From NCBI GenBank assembly GCA_040289475.1, contig PSLF01000008.1:21224-85223 (forward strand): a stretch of DNA of 64,000 nt. Direction: 5' to 3'. Below the pieces are notes generated by a model, which did no database searches, was not told where the DNA came from, and saw nothing but the letters and a program-made list of their open reading frames with translations. A program made the translations under genes and the position numbers. This document shows, in pieces, positions 1-9,564 of the stretch (its first letter is position 1; every line of letters starts with the position of its first letter). This stretch comes from Acidimicrobiia bacterium. Lineage in GTDB: Bacteria; Actinomycetota; Acidimicrobiia; ATN3; PSLF01.

Positions 1-301
1 CACCAAACCGTCTCGCCTCGCGTTGCTCTTATGTACCGAGGTTCAAAGGATCGGTCTTTTACTACCACTTCTGTCGTGTCAACGGGTCTGGCGCGGCTGC
101 AAGATGCCATTGCTGTTACTGCTATGGAGGCCGCTGCAGTCACCGCGAACATGCGTAGTAGGTAGGTAGGATGAGTACTTTCTCTCATCAGCTAGCCTTT
201 CGACTCGACTTCGGTTGTTGTATGGTTTCTCACTGCGATCCTCCGATTGTCTATGTGTTTGGAGGAGTTCGCGAGGGTCGGACTAGGCCAAGGGGGTTGC
301 A

Positions 302-694
302 ATGAGCGCAGAGTCGGCAGCTCTCGTTATAGCCACAGTTTTTCTGGGAATCATATCGGTGGCGTTGCTCTACTTTCTCCGCAGCGCAGTTCTGACTTTC
401 AAGCGACTGCGACAAAGCATACAGAACATAGAAGAGCGTTTGGTCCCTCTGATTGAGGACATGCACATTGTTACCATCGATGCCCACTACGAGCTAGAAA
501 AGATCGACGAGACGGTGTCGCGGTCGAAAAATCTTACCGAGAAGATGGAAGCTGCTGCTGGCGTAGCCAAGGTGGCGGCTGCCACCCCAGTTATCAAAGC
601 TGCAACGCTAGCTGCTGGGGTCCAGGGCACCCTAGAGGCATTAGAGTCGGGCGGCTCAGCCCCCAAAGACTCCCGAAGGCGCAAACGGCGTTGA
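302..694 (+). CDS. Small membrane/coiled-coil protein, DUF948-like architecture (N-terminal TM helix, Ala-rich C-terminus)
   Basis: ORF with N-terminal hydrophobic helix (LVIATVFLGIISVALLYFL) followed by a charged coiled-coil segment; this architecture is typical of the DUF948 proteins found upstream of alaS in Actinobacteria. Confidence 0.4.
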   Translation: MSAESAALVIATVFLGIISVALLYFLRSAVLTFKRLRQSIQNIEERLVPLIEDMHIVTIDAHYELEKIDETVSRSKNLTEKMEAAAGVAKVAAATPVIKAATLAAGVQGTLEALESGGSAPKDSRRRKRR

Positions 695-939
695 AGATCT
701 TGAAGAAACTCTTTGTCACGCTCGCGGTGTTCATTTTGGGGTGGATCTGGGGGTTTTTGTCGTTGAGAGCATTGCTGGACCGGGCTAGGAGTTCGGTGAG
801 GCCATCGTCTGTAGTCAAGAAGGCCGCCAATGGTTATGACTCGTTTTCTGAACGCGTCTCCAACGCGATATCGCATGGACGCCACAGGGCTAGGATGCGA
901 GAGGCCGAGCTTAGGCGGCGGTTCGGGTTGGAGTACTGA
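691..939 (+). CDS. Hypothetical small membrane protein
   Basis: 82-aa ORF overlapping the previous stop by 4 nt (operon-like); one predicted TM helix (LFVTLAVFILGWIWGFLSL); no recognisable family. Confidence 0.3.
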   Translation: MKILKKLFVTLAVFILGWIWGFLSLRALLDRARSSVRPSSVVKKAANGYDSFSERVSNAISHGRHRARMREAELRRRFGLEY

Positions 940-1421
940 GGAGCGTTTCTTTTGGTCGGAGCTTTTCTCGATGGCAGAGATCGTCTTATCGGGGCGGCCG
1001 ATACCAGAAGAAATTGCGGCCTAGCGCGCTGGTCGGGGATCAACTGTTGTGTGGTTGCGGGGCTGCGGCAGACCGAGGCGTTTGCCACTTCGAGCAGGGA
1101 GGGCTGCGGTCGTGTGATTGCTGCTCGGCCCCGAAAGGATCCAACCACCGAAATCCTTTCGAAGCATGGCTCAGGGTCGGCGGTGGTACCGGCTATGGCT
1201 ATGATCGCTTTCCCTGCCGCTGGCCTGCCGCCCTCTGCCCCGCAAATTTCCTTTCTTTTTCCTTTTAACCCGGGCCTTTGGGCCGCTGGGTGTCAGGATT
1301 GGAGGCGCCTGCGTGCCGGTCCGGACCGGCTGTCACGTGATCATTATCGGCGCGGCTCGGCTCGATCATAAGTGCGGAATATAAAGAGATGGTTTTCTAC
1401 GATATGGATGCATGACCCAAG

Positions 1422-4076
1422 ATGACGCCATCACCGCGGTTCGCAGATGAAATCAGGGAGGCGTGGCTTTCCTTTTTCGAGGAGAGGGGCCACAAGCGTG
1501 TTGCGTCTTCATCTCTGATTCCGCACGACAAATCCCTTCTTCTAACCACCGCTGGGATGGTTCAGTTCAAGCCCTTCATGCTGGGAGAGGAGAAAGCACC
1601 ATACAGAAGGGCCACCTCCGTTCAGAAGTGCTTCCGAACTACCGACATCGACCGCATCGGCATAACTGACCGCCATTTCACATTCTTCGAAATGCTCGGC
1701 AATTTCAGCTTCGGTGATTACTTCAAAAGAGAAGCACTCCAGTGGGCATGGGAGTTGGTTACTGAGGTGTGGCAACTTCACCCCGACAGACTTTGGGTAA
1801 CGATCTTCGAAGAAGACGACGAGGCCGAGCAGATCTGGCACGAACTGGTCGGACTCAAACAAGAACGGATCATACGTAGAGGAAAGGCAGATAACTTTTG
1901 GGACATGGGAGCTGCGGGCCCTTGCGGCCCATGCTCAGAGATCTACTACGACCGGGGCGATAAGTTCGGAAGTGGAGCTAGCCCTGCCGACGACGAAACT
2001 CGCTACGTGGAGATTTGGAATTTGGTCTTTATGGAATTCATTCGGGACGACGCCGCAAACGTGGTAGGTGAGCTCCCTCAAAAGAACATCGACACCGGCG
2101 CGGGTTTGGAGCGTGTGGCAATGGTGCTTCAGGGTGCAGACTCTGTTTTCGAGGTCGACACCACGCTTCCGATTCTCAAAGAAGCCCAACGCCTCACGGG
2201 AGTGCGCTACCGGTCTTCGGAATCGTCGGATGTTTCCTTGCGAGTGCTCACCGACCACGCACGTGCGTCGGCTTTTCTAATTGCTGATGGAGTTTTTCCC
2301 TCGAACGAAGAGCGAGGGTATGTTCTCCGACGCATCATACGGAGGGCTGTGCGTCATGCGCGCCTTTTGGGTGCAGAGGGTGATGTGCTCACGGCTTTGG
2401 CTTTGGCGACCGTGGAGGTCCTCGGAGGTGCCTATCCCGAGCTCAAAAAACAGGCCGCTTTGATCGAGCGCGTATGTCGAACCGAGGAGTCTCGCTTCAA
2501 AGACACGTTAGCAACTGGTCTCGAGCACCTAGAGCAAGCCCTGGAACGCCTATCCCCAGGGGATGTCCTCTCAGGAGAGGTTGTCTTCAGACTTCATGAC
2601 ACCTACGGCTTTCCTGTGGATCTTACGCGGGAGGTAGCACAGGAGCGGGGAGTCGCTATAGACGAAGAAGGATTCAATGCCCACATGGCTGAGCAACGCC
2701 GGAGAGCTCGCCAGGCCAAAAGGGCTCAAGGAAGCGGGGTATCCGAGGAGGCGCTCGGAGTTTTCAAGGAGCACCTGGACCGCTTTGGCCCTACCGCTTT
2801 TTCCGGATATGAGAGGTTGGAGGACAGAGCAAAGATTGTGGCCATTGTGCGGGATGGCGAGTCTCTCGAGATGGCGGGTGTTGGAGAAGTAGTCGAGGTT
2901 TTGACAGATAAAACTCCTTTTTATGGAGAGGCGGGTGGTCAAGTGGGAGATGTGGGCCGCATAGCTACCGAGACAGGAGAGGCGTCGGTTATCGACACTA
3001 CCCACCCTCTTTTCGAGCTGACCTCTCACAGAGTACGAGTCGAGAAAGGAGCCCTTTTCAGAGATCAGGGGGCGCACCTGGTTGTGGACGCAGTCAAGCG
3101 CCTTCGAACGACACGGCACCACACAGCAACCCACGTCCTACATTGGGCTTTGAGGGAAGTCCTTGGAACCCATGTAAAGCAGGCTGGTTCACTGGTTGCA
3201 CCTGACAGGCTCAGGTTCGACTTCAGCCACTTTGAGCAAGTGCGGCCAGAGGAACTTTTTCAGGTTGAACAGCTTGCAAACTCGAAAGTCATAGCTGATC
3301 AACCAGTGATTACCTTTGAAACCACTAAAGACGAGGCCGAGCGATTGGGAGCGCTCGCGTTTTTTGGAGATAAGTACGGAGAGATCGTAAGGGTTGTCCA
3401 GGCAGGCGATTTTAGCCGCGAGCTATGCGGCGGTACGCACGTCCACGCTTTGGGCGAGGTCGGGCCGGTTCTCGTCCTCTCGGAGGGTTCAATCGGATCC
3501 AATCTCCGTCGTATAGAGGCAGTGAGCGGAGAAGCGGCCGTAAAGAGGATGCTCTCCGATAGAAGGCTCCTTTCGGGGTCAGCAGCTACGCTCAAGGCCG
3601 CGCCGGAGAAGCTGATGGAGCGCGTGGACCAACTGCTTGCAGAGCTAAAAGCTGCGCAGACAGAGACTCGGCGTATGCGGGAGCGCCTGGCCTCCCAGCA
3701 AGCAGCGACGATTGCTTCCTCGACTCAAGTAAGCGATGTAAAAGGTGTTCGTTTTGTGGTTTACCACCTAGATGACACAGCCGAGGGGTTGCGTGACACC
3801 GCCTTGAGGCTCCGGGACAGCCACGGCATCGACATATCGGTTTTGGGCGGAGTGCATGGGGGGCGGGTTCACCTAGTCGCTGTCTCGTCGAAACGAGCGG
3901 TAGAAGCTGGATTACAGGCTGCGCAAATTCTTGCTGGGCCCGCGCGGCTGGTGGGCGGCGGAACGGGCAAAAACCCAGAACTCGCTGTCGGCGGGGGTCC
4001 TAACACATCTGCTCTCGGTTCTGCATTGGATGCCGCTCGCAAAGAAATTCTCGATTCTCTTAAGTCAGCTCGGTGA
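1422..4076 (+). CDS. alaS: Alanine--tRNA ligase
   Basis: 884 aa; conserved N-terminus FFEERGHKRVASSSLIP, catalytic core, C-terminal DHHA1-like domain. Confidence 0.97.
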   Translation: MTPSPRFADEIREAWLSFFEERGHKRVASSSLIPHDKSLLLTTAGMVQFKPFMLGEEKAPYRRATSVQKCFRTTDIDRIGITDRHFTFFEMLGNFSFGDYFKREALQWAWELVTEVWQLHPDRLWVTIFEEDDEAEQIWHELVGLKQERIIRRGKADNFWDMGAAGPCGPCSEIYYDRGDKFGSGASPADDETRYVEIWNLVFMEFIRDDAANVVGELPQKNIDTGAGLERVAMVLQGADSVFEVDTTLPILKEAQRLTGVRYRSSESSDVSLRVLTDHARASAFLIADGVFPSNEERGYVLRRIIRRAVRHARLLGAEGDVLTALALATVEVLGGAYPELKKQAALIERVCRTEESRFKDTLATGLEHLEQALERLSPGDVLSGEVVFRLHDTYGFPVDLTREVAQERGVAIDEEGFNAHMAEQRRRARQAKRAQGSGVSEEALGVFKEHLDRFGPTAFSGYERLEDRAKIVAIVRDGESLEMAGVGEVVEVLTDKTPFYGEAGGQVGDVGRIATETGEASVIDTTHPLFELTSHRVRVEKGALFRDQGAHLVVDAVKRLRTTRHHTATHVLHWALREVLGTHVKQAGSLVAPDRLRFDFSHFEQVRPEELFQVEQLANSKVIADQPVITFETTKDEAERLGALAFFGDKYGEIVRVVQAGDFSRELCGGTHVHALGEVGPVLVLSEGSIGSNLRRIEAVSGEAAVKRMLSDRRLLSGSAATLKAAPEKLMERVDQLLAELKAAQTETRRMRERLASQQAATIASSTQVSDVKGVRFVVYHLDDTAEGLRDTALRLRDSHGIDISVLGGVHGGRVHLVAVSSKRAVEAGLQAAQILAGPARLVGGGTGKNPELAVGGGPNTSALGSALDAARKEILDSLKSAR

Positions 4077-4504
4077 GGGTAATCGGTTTAGATCTAGGAA
4101 AGCGCCGATCTGGGATTGCTGTCTCCGATGAATTGGGGGTGTTGGCTCATCCGCATTCAACCGTAGACGACCCAGACCATTTACTTGAAGCCATACGGTC
4201 TCTAGCACAAGCGATGGGGGCAGAGTTGGTAGTAGTGGGGCTTCCCATCGGAGCTGGAGGTGGCGACACAGACCAGACCCAATGGGTACGCGAGCGCGCT
4301 GCAGAAATCGAGGCTCGACTGGGGCTACGGGTCGTTTTGTGGGACGAGAGGTTCACGACAAAAGAGGCCGAGCGAAGGCTCAGTGAGGTTGGCCGTGGAT
4401 TCCGAACCACGCGGTACTTGGCAGAGGTCGCTGCGGCAGCCATAATTCTGCAGTCGTATCTAGATGCAACTCGAGAGGGCGGAAGATCTGGAAGACCGAC
4501 CTAG
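4073..4504 (+). CDS. ruvX: Holliday-junction resolvase-like RNase YqgF/RuvX
   Basis: MRVIGLDLGKRRSGIAVSD N-terminal motif; 4-nt overlap with alaS stop, the classic alaS-ruvX-mltG order. Confidence 0.92.
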   Translation: MRVIGLDLGKRRSGIAVSDELGVLAHPHSTVDDPDHLLEAIRSLAQAMGAELVVVGLPIGAGGGDTDQTQWVRERAAEIEARLGLRVVLWDERFTTKEAERRLSEVGRGFRTTRYLAEVAAAAIILQSYLDATREGGRSGRPT

Positions 4505-6035
4505 AAAACCCAAAGAGCAAAGCAGAGCGCGCCGACCTTCGGAACGAGCGATTCGAGAACTGAATCGGCGAGCAGATCCGAGCTGCGCCAGTTTTTCCGG
4601 AGCCAAGTACAGCCCCCTACCTTACTCTGCCTCGGAGAGCCCAGTTACCGACGGCGGCCATCCGCTCGCCCGCCATGGTGCAGAAGTCCCAGCGGCCGTT
4701 CGACGGGTTTTTTCAGTCCCAAGTCGTGAGAGTGGGAGAGAGTTGCTCAACGGGGCTGAGGTAGGTATGCGCTCTTCGTCGAAACCTGCAATGCTGAATT
4801 ATGGTAGGAACAGTGGGGACATGTCGGTCGAGCCGTTTCCTGTCAGGACGGAAGTGGTAGCCAAAGAAGTAGCAGGGACTACTGCTTCGCCCGTTGCTAA
4901 CGGAAGCTTTACATCGAAGGAATATAAGAGAACTGCACAAACCACCGAGGCGATACCTTCCCGAGCGAGCCGCGACCATTTCCAAACTCCCCGTGTGTCC
5001 GTCGAGTTACCTAGGCATAGAAGCCTCAAAGCCCTGATAGCAATCCTGGCTGCTTTGTTCGTGATAGTTGGTAGTACGGCCTTGGCCGGGACCTATCTAG
5101 TCAAACTCGCAGCCGGAGGCTCGTCCCCTGGGCACGGAGAGGTCGTCTTCACAGTAGCCGATGGCCAAAGCCTCTCCGAGATTTCTGAGAGTCTGGAGAA
5201 AGAGGGCATTATCTCATCGTCGACTTCGTTTTTACTTTATTTGCGTCTGAGCCGAAAGTCTCCTGTGGTAAGAGCAGGTGAGTACCGGATGCGCTACGGC
5301 ATGGGAGCCGAGGCGGTATTGGCCGTCTTCGAAGCCGGCCCTCAGGTTCGGTACAAAGACCTCACATTTGTGCCTGGTCTAACGGTACGACAACAAGCTT
5401 CCAGGGTAGAGTCCGATCTCGGGCTTTCTGGAGAGAAGTTTGCTTACGCGTTGAACTCGAACGTTGATCTAGCCGGCTTTCCCGATGCTCCTAATGCCGA
5501 AGGGCTTTGCTTTCCCGACACCTATCGGGTGGATGCCAATACCAAAGAGCCAGACCTTGCCTCCAGGTGCCTTCGGCACTTCGACGACGTTTTCTCAGCA
5601 TTGGATAAGTCCAGACTTTCCTCACTGGGGGTGACGAAGTACCAAATCGTCATCGTGGCTTCGCTAATCGAGCGGGAGGCAAAATTAGATTCGGAGAGAC
5701 CACTAATCGCTAGTGTCATCTACAATCGGCTCCGCCGGGGGATGAAACTAGACATAGATGCAACTGTTCTTTACGCAATGGGTGAGCACAAAGAGCGTTT
5801 AACTTACAAGGATTTGGAGATCGATTCGCCCTACAACACCTACAAAAATCCGGGCCTTCCGCCTACGCCGATCGCTACCCCCTCCAGAGCGGCACTCGAG
5901 GGAGCGCTCAACCCTGCCAACACTGATTACCTGTACTACGTCTTGACCGATCCATCGGGGGTGCACGCTTTTACCTCGAGCGCATCCGAGTTCGAGCGCC
6001 TCAAGGCGGACGCCATATCTCGTGGCGTTTTCTGA
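4464..6035 (+). CDS. mltG: Endolytic murein transglycosylase MltG (YceG family) with long disordered N-terminal extension
   Basis: C-terminal YceG domain with conserved YNTYKNPGLPPTPIA motif; single TM helix (ALIAILAALFVIVGSTALAG); the ~190-aa N-terminal low-complexity region makes the start codon uncertain. Confidence 0.85.
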   Translation: MQLERAEDLEDRPRKPKEQSRARRPSERAIRELNRRADPSCASFSGAKYSPLPYSASESPVTDGGHPLARHGAEVPAAVRRVFSVPSRESGRELLNGAEVGMRSSSKPAMLNYGRNSGDMSVEPFPVRTEVVAKEVAGTTASPVANGSFTSKEYKRTAQTTEAIPSRASRDHFQTPRVSVELPRHRSLKALIAILAALFVIVGSTALAGTYLVKLAAGGSSPGHGEVVFTVADGQSLSEISESLEKEGIISSSTSFLLYLRLSRKSPVVRAGEYRMRYGMGAEAVLAVFEAGPQVRYKDLTFVPGLTVRQQASRVESDLGLSGEKFAYALNSNVDLAGFPDAPNAEGLCFPDTYRVDANTKEPDLASRCLRHFDDVFSALDKSRLSSLGVTKYQIVIVASLIEREAKLDSERPLIASVIYNRLRRGMKLDIDATVLYAMGEHKERLTYKDLEIDSPYNTYKNPGLPPTPIATPSRAALEGALNPANTDYLYYVLTDPSGVHAFTSSASEFERLKADAISRGVF

Positions 6036-6978
6036 CCGTCAAAACACATTCAAACGGTCGGCGCCTGAAAGGGTGCTCGGCATCATTGGTTACCCACTAG
6101 AACACACCTTGTCTCCTGCCATGCATAACGCTGCATTTGCGGTCTCGGGTCTTGACTGGGTTTACGCTGCTTTCAGGGTTCCTCCCGGCTCTGCTTCAGC
6201 GGCAGTGGAGGCAATGAGAGTTTTAGGACTCGGTGGGCTGTCCGTAACAATTCCTCACAAGGAAGAGGTGCTATCTGCATTGGACGTTCTCGAGCCCGAG
6301 GCGCAAGCGATCGGGGCAGTCAACACAGTTTTCTGGACACCGGATCGAGACCAGCTGGTGGGGGCCAACACCGATGTAGAAGGATTCGAGAAAGGTCTAA
6401 AGACTGCCCTGGGAATCAACCTTGAGGGACGGAGCGTGGTAATAATTGGAGCCGGAGGTTCCGCTCGGGCCGTACTTTGGGCGGCCGTTACCCGAGGTGC
6501 CCGACACATCACTGTTCTTGCTCGAACGCCTTCTCGGGCCTCGCGAATGGTGCGCAGAATTTGCGAGTCTGCGTTCGCGATGTTACCTTCCCGGACCCCG
6601 CCGCCAATCGAGATCTGTTCTATGGACGGCTCGTTGATTGAGGAAGCATTGAGCAATGCTGACTTGATGGTGAACGCAACGCCTCTCGGATCGGACGGCA
6701 CCTCCCTCCCGGTGCCAGAAAGCGCAATTCACGACCGACTTTACGTCTTTGACTTGGTATATTTCCCCTCTAAAACCCCACTCGTACAGGCTGGGATACG
6801 TCGAGGTGCCGGTGCGGCTGGCGGACTGGAGATGCTAATTCTCCAAGGCGCTCGGCAATTCGAGATTTGGACTGGGCGGCCTGCTCCCGTCAGCGCAATG
6901 AAAAGAGCAGCAGAGGAGTCGCTCCGAGCGAGCCTTCAGATTCGCACTTCGACTGCCGAGATAGATCGATTGGAGTAA
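6022..6978 (+). CDS. aroE: Shikimate dehydrogenase
   Basis: GIIGYPLEHTLSPAMHNAAF motif, Rossmann motif GAGGSARAV. Confidence 0.92.
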   Translation: MAFSDRQNTFKRSAPERVLGIIGYPLEHTLSPAMHNAAFAVSGLDWVYAAFRVPPGSASAAVEAMRVLGLGGLSVTIPHKEEVLSALDVLEPEAQAIGAVNTVFWTPDRDQLVGANTDVEGFEKGLKTALGINLEGRSVVIIGAGGSARAVLWAAVTRGARHITVLARTPSRASRMVRRICESAFAMLPSRTPPPIEICSMDGSLIEEALSNADLMVNATPLGSDGTSLPVPESAIHDRLYVFDLVYFPSKTPLVQAGIRRGAGAAGGLEMLILQGARQFEIWTGRPAPVSAMKRAAEESLRASLQIRTSTAEIDRLE

Positions 6979-7112
6979 GCTTTTTCTCGAGATAGCGATT
7001 GAGAGCTACCGATCGGACTTCGTCCAACCTGATGGTGGGTGGAGAATCCGGCGCCAGCACGCTCGCCAGCGGCGAATGAATCGCCGGATGATGTGTTAGT
7101 CGAGTCCAACTT

Positions 7113-7550
7113 TTGGGAGGGCATATGATAAGTAGGGCCGAGCAACTTGCCATGGCCCTTGACGAGTTCGTTCAGTCAAGCCCGGAAGTTGAGGCGGCTG
7201 CTATTGTGTCGATGGACGGACTTCCAATGGCTTCGGCATTGCCGCCAGAGATCGAAGAAGACCGTTTAGGCGCCATGGCCGCTGCCCTTCTGTCATTGGG
7301 CGAGAAGGCTGCCGAGGGCCTCGGCAGGGGAGACTTGGCACAGATTTTTGTAGAGGGTGAATACGGGTTCGTGTTTCTGATGGCTGCGGGTGAGACCTCT
7401 GTACTTACGGCCATCACGAGGCCTTCGGGAAAAATAGGCCTTATCCTATATGAGATGCGTCACACTGCAGCGAGGATCGCGAGCATACTTGAGCAGCCAT
7501 CTGTCGTTCAGATGCCAGGAATCAGAAGCACTGCCGAGCAACTTGGCTAA
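7113..7550 (+). CDS. Roadblock/LC7 domain protein (MglB/CvnB-like GTPase-regulator fold)
   Basis: ~140 aa with the typical roadblock pattern (AAAIVSMDGLPMAS ... GEYGFVFLMAAGETSVLTAIT); first gene of a three-gene module. Confidence 0.8.
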   Translation: MGGHMISRAEQLAMALDEFVQSSPEVEAAAIVSMDGLPMASALPPEIEEDRLGAMAAALLSLGEKAAEGLGRGDLAQIFVEGEYGFVFLMAAGETSVLTAITRPSGKIGLILYEMRHTAARIASILEQPSVVQMPGIRSTAEQLG

Positions 7551-7567
7551 AGAAAGGCGGGGAAGGA

Positions 7568-8881
7568 ATGGCACTTCAGGGAAGCCTGGATGATTTTGCC
7601 CTAGACGCCGTTTTTGATCTAGTAGCGAGAGCGCAGAACAGCGGGGCTCTTCACTTGAGAGGAGCCGGTAAAAAGGGTCGTGGGGCGGTCTACTTTCAAA
7701 AGGGAGAGATTTACTACGCCTACTCCAAGGGCAGTGACAATCTCGGTAATGCTTTGGTCAGGTCTGGTCTCGTTACGGCAAACGACTGGAAAGCTGCGAC
7801 AGCACAGGCGGGCGCCAAGCGTTCTATCGGTGAAATCCTGATTAGCAAGGGCGTAGATCGCACTAGGCTCGAGGACTTTCTTCGCGAGCGGATAGAAGAG
7901 GCAGTCTTCGATTTGTTCCGATGGGAGCAGGGTCGCTTCGATTTTCGCAAGGGGGAGACACACGCTATAGGTCCTGTAGTGACCCTCGAAGTAGATCCCC
8001 TTATTCAAGAAGCGCAACGCAAACTTGACGAGTGGGAAACTATCAAAGAAGCGATTCCTTCTGTCGAGGTCATCGTCCGTTTGGTGCGCGACCTCCCGGA
8101 GGAACAACTCGAGGTCAACCTCACGCGGGAGGACTGGCGCGTCATCGCTTGCATAGATGGACAACGGCGGGTGGTGGACGTCGCCGAAGCCTTGGGTGAG
8201 GGCGAGTTCAAGGTGTGTCAAGTGCTCCACAATTTGGTGACAGGTGGATTGGTCGAGGTTATTGAATCCGCTGCTAGCGAAGAAGAGTACGGAGAAGAGG
8301 AAGTAGAAGAACTCGAAGCAGAAGAGGCCGAGGAGTACGAGGAAGAAGAGGAGTACGAAGAAGAGGAGGAGGAGGAAGAAGAAGAGGAAGAGGGGATTGC
8401 GCTCGAAGGTATTTCGCTGAAGGAAGCGGCCGAGGCGCTCACGGTCGAAGAAAGCTCCGAGGAGAGCTTTGTTGGGGCTGGGTCGGCTTTCGAATCACTG
8501 AAGGCCGACACTGCAAACGACGATGGGAGCAGCCTCTTAGATGACCTTCTGGGCTTTGGTGACGAAGGGCGCCGAGGTGCATCCCCGCAGGCGTCTGCTT
8601 CTGGGAGTGGTCCGAGGAGGAGGCTCGATACCGGGGCCATCGCGGAGGAGTTCAGTCAACTTTGGTCTGGAGAGGATGCCCCCTCTGGTGGTGGTCCCCG
8701 AAACGAAGCACCCAAGTCCCCCAGACTGCGCTCGAGAGCTAGAGGCGGTGCCGAGCCTGCTATCGAGGTGCCCGAGGAGCTAGAGTCGGATCAGAGCGAG
8801 AATGCTCAGCCAGGCATCAAATCTGCTGGGGTAAACAAAGCTTTGATTATGCGCCTTATCCACGGGGTGCGGGAGTTGTAG
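7568..8881 (+). CDS. DUF4388 (PATAN-type) domain protein with long acidic Glu-rich linker and disordered C-terminus
   Basis: N-terminal GSLDDFALDAVFDLVARAQNSGALHLRG ... GAVYFQKGEIYYAYS is the DUF4388/PATAN signature; followed by EEEYEEEEEEEEE low-complexity tract. Confidence 0.75.
   Translation: MALQGSLDDFALDAVFDLVARAQNSGALHLRGAGKKGRGAVYFQKGEIYYAYSKGSDNLGNALVRSGLVTANDWKAATAQAGAKRSIGEILISKGVDRTRLEDFLRERIEEAVFDLFRWEQGRFDFRKGETHAIGPVVTLEVDPLIQEAQRKLDEWETIKEAIPSVEVIVRLVRDLPEEQLEVNLTREDWRVIACIDGQRRVVDVAEALGEGEFKVCQVLHNLVTGGLVEVIESAASEEEYGEEEVEELEAEEAEEYEEEEEYEEEEEEEEEEEEGIALEGISLKEAAEALTVEESSEESFVGAGSAFESLKADTANDDGSSLLDDLLGFGDEGRRGASPQASASGSGPRRRLDTGAIAEEFSQLWSGEDAPSGGGPRNEAPKSPRLRSRARGGAEPAIEVPEELESDQSENAQPGIKSAGVNKALIMRLIHGVREL
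8278..8392 (+). repeat. GAA/GAG-rich simple-sequence tract encoding a poly-Glu linker
   Basis: gaagaagaggag... run encoding EEYEEEEEYEEEEEEEEEEEE inside the PATAN gene. Confidence 0.8.
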
Positions 8882-8884
8882 GAA

Positions 8885-9472
8885 ATGTCACGGAGCACCG
8901 GTGGAGCCACCTCCGTCAAGGTGGTGGTCACCGGGCCCTTTGCGGCCGGCAAGACTACCTTTATCAGTACTCTCTCAGAGGTTCCTCTTTTCTCGACTGA
9001 GAAGCCTGTGACGGACGAGTCTCGGTCGGTGAAGTCAATGACCACTGTGTCGATGGACTTCGGCAAGATCACTTTCGACTTTGACGAGGGCGACATAGTC
9101 CTCTACCTCTTTGGGACTCCAGGGCAAGAACGTTTCGATTTCATGTGGGATGTTCTGGCCCGCGGAATGTTGGGCTTTGTGGTACTCGTCGATGTGACAC
9201 GCGAGAACACGTACCCGGAGGCGAAGAAGATTGTCAAGTACTTCACCGAGCTCTCCGACGTTCCCTATGTAATAGGTGCAAATCGAGCAACGGGAAATGC
9301 CAAGGCAGTATCGCGTTTGAAGAAGAAGCTGGGCGTAAGTGACGACATTCCAGTTGTACCCTGCGAGGTGGTTAGCCGCCAAAGCGCAAAAGAGGTTCTT
9401 CTTGCGCTCCTTTATAGGGTGAGCGAGTTGTTGGATCGACAGCGGGCGATAGGGGCGTCGTCACCTCGGTAG
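8885..9472 (+). CDS. Small Ras-like GTPase (MglA/CvnD-type ATP/GTP-binding protein)
   Basis: P-loop GPFAAGKTT, switch II FGTPGQERF, NKxD-like VIGANRA; begins 4 nt after the PATAN gene. Confidence 0.85.
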   Translation: MSRSTGGATSVKVVVTGPFAAGKTTFISTLSEVPLFSTEKPVTDESRSVKSMTTVSMDFGKITFDFDEGDIVLYLFGTPGQERFDFMWDVLARGMLGFVVLVDVTRENTYPEAKKIVKYFTELSDVPYVIGANRATGNAKAVSRLKKKLGVSDDIPVVPCEVVSRQSAKEVLLALLYRVSELLDRQRAIGASSPR

Positions 9473-9564
9473 AGTGGACAAACTCGGGCACCGAGCAGTT
9501 TAGTCACTGTAGCGCTGGCGTCCATGGCTCTCAAGCTCGGAGATACAGTCGCTTCCGTATCGAT

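Noticed and set aside
4464-5000. N-terminal 180 aa of the mltG ORF as a separate gene
   Set aside because: No independent start or RBS signal, and the region is continuous with the TM helix and YceG domain. Disordered N-terminal extensions are common in actinobacterial MltG. The start codon remains uncertain.
8218-8640. 140-aa Ser-rich minus-strand ORF
   Set aside because: Reverse complement of the GAA repeat (poly-Glu) tract gives poly-Ser; artefact.
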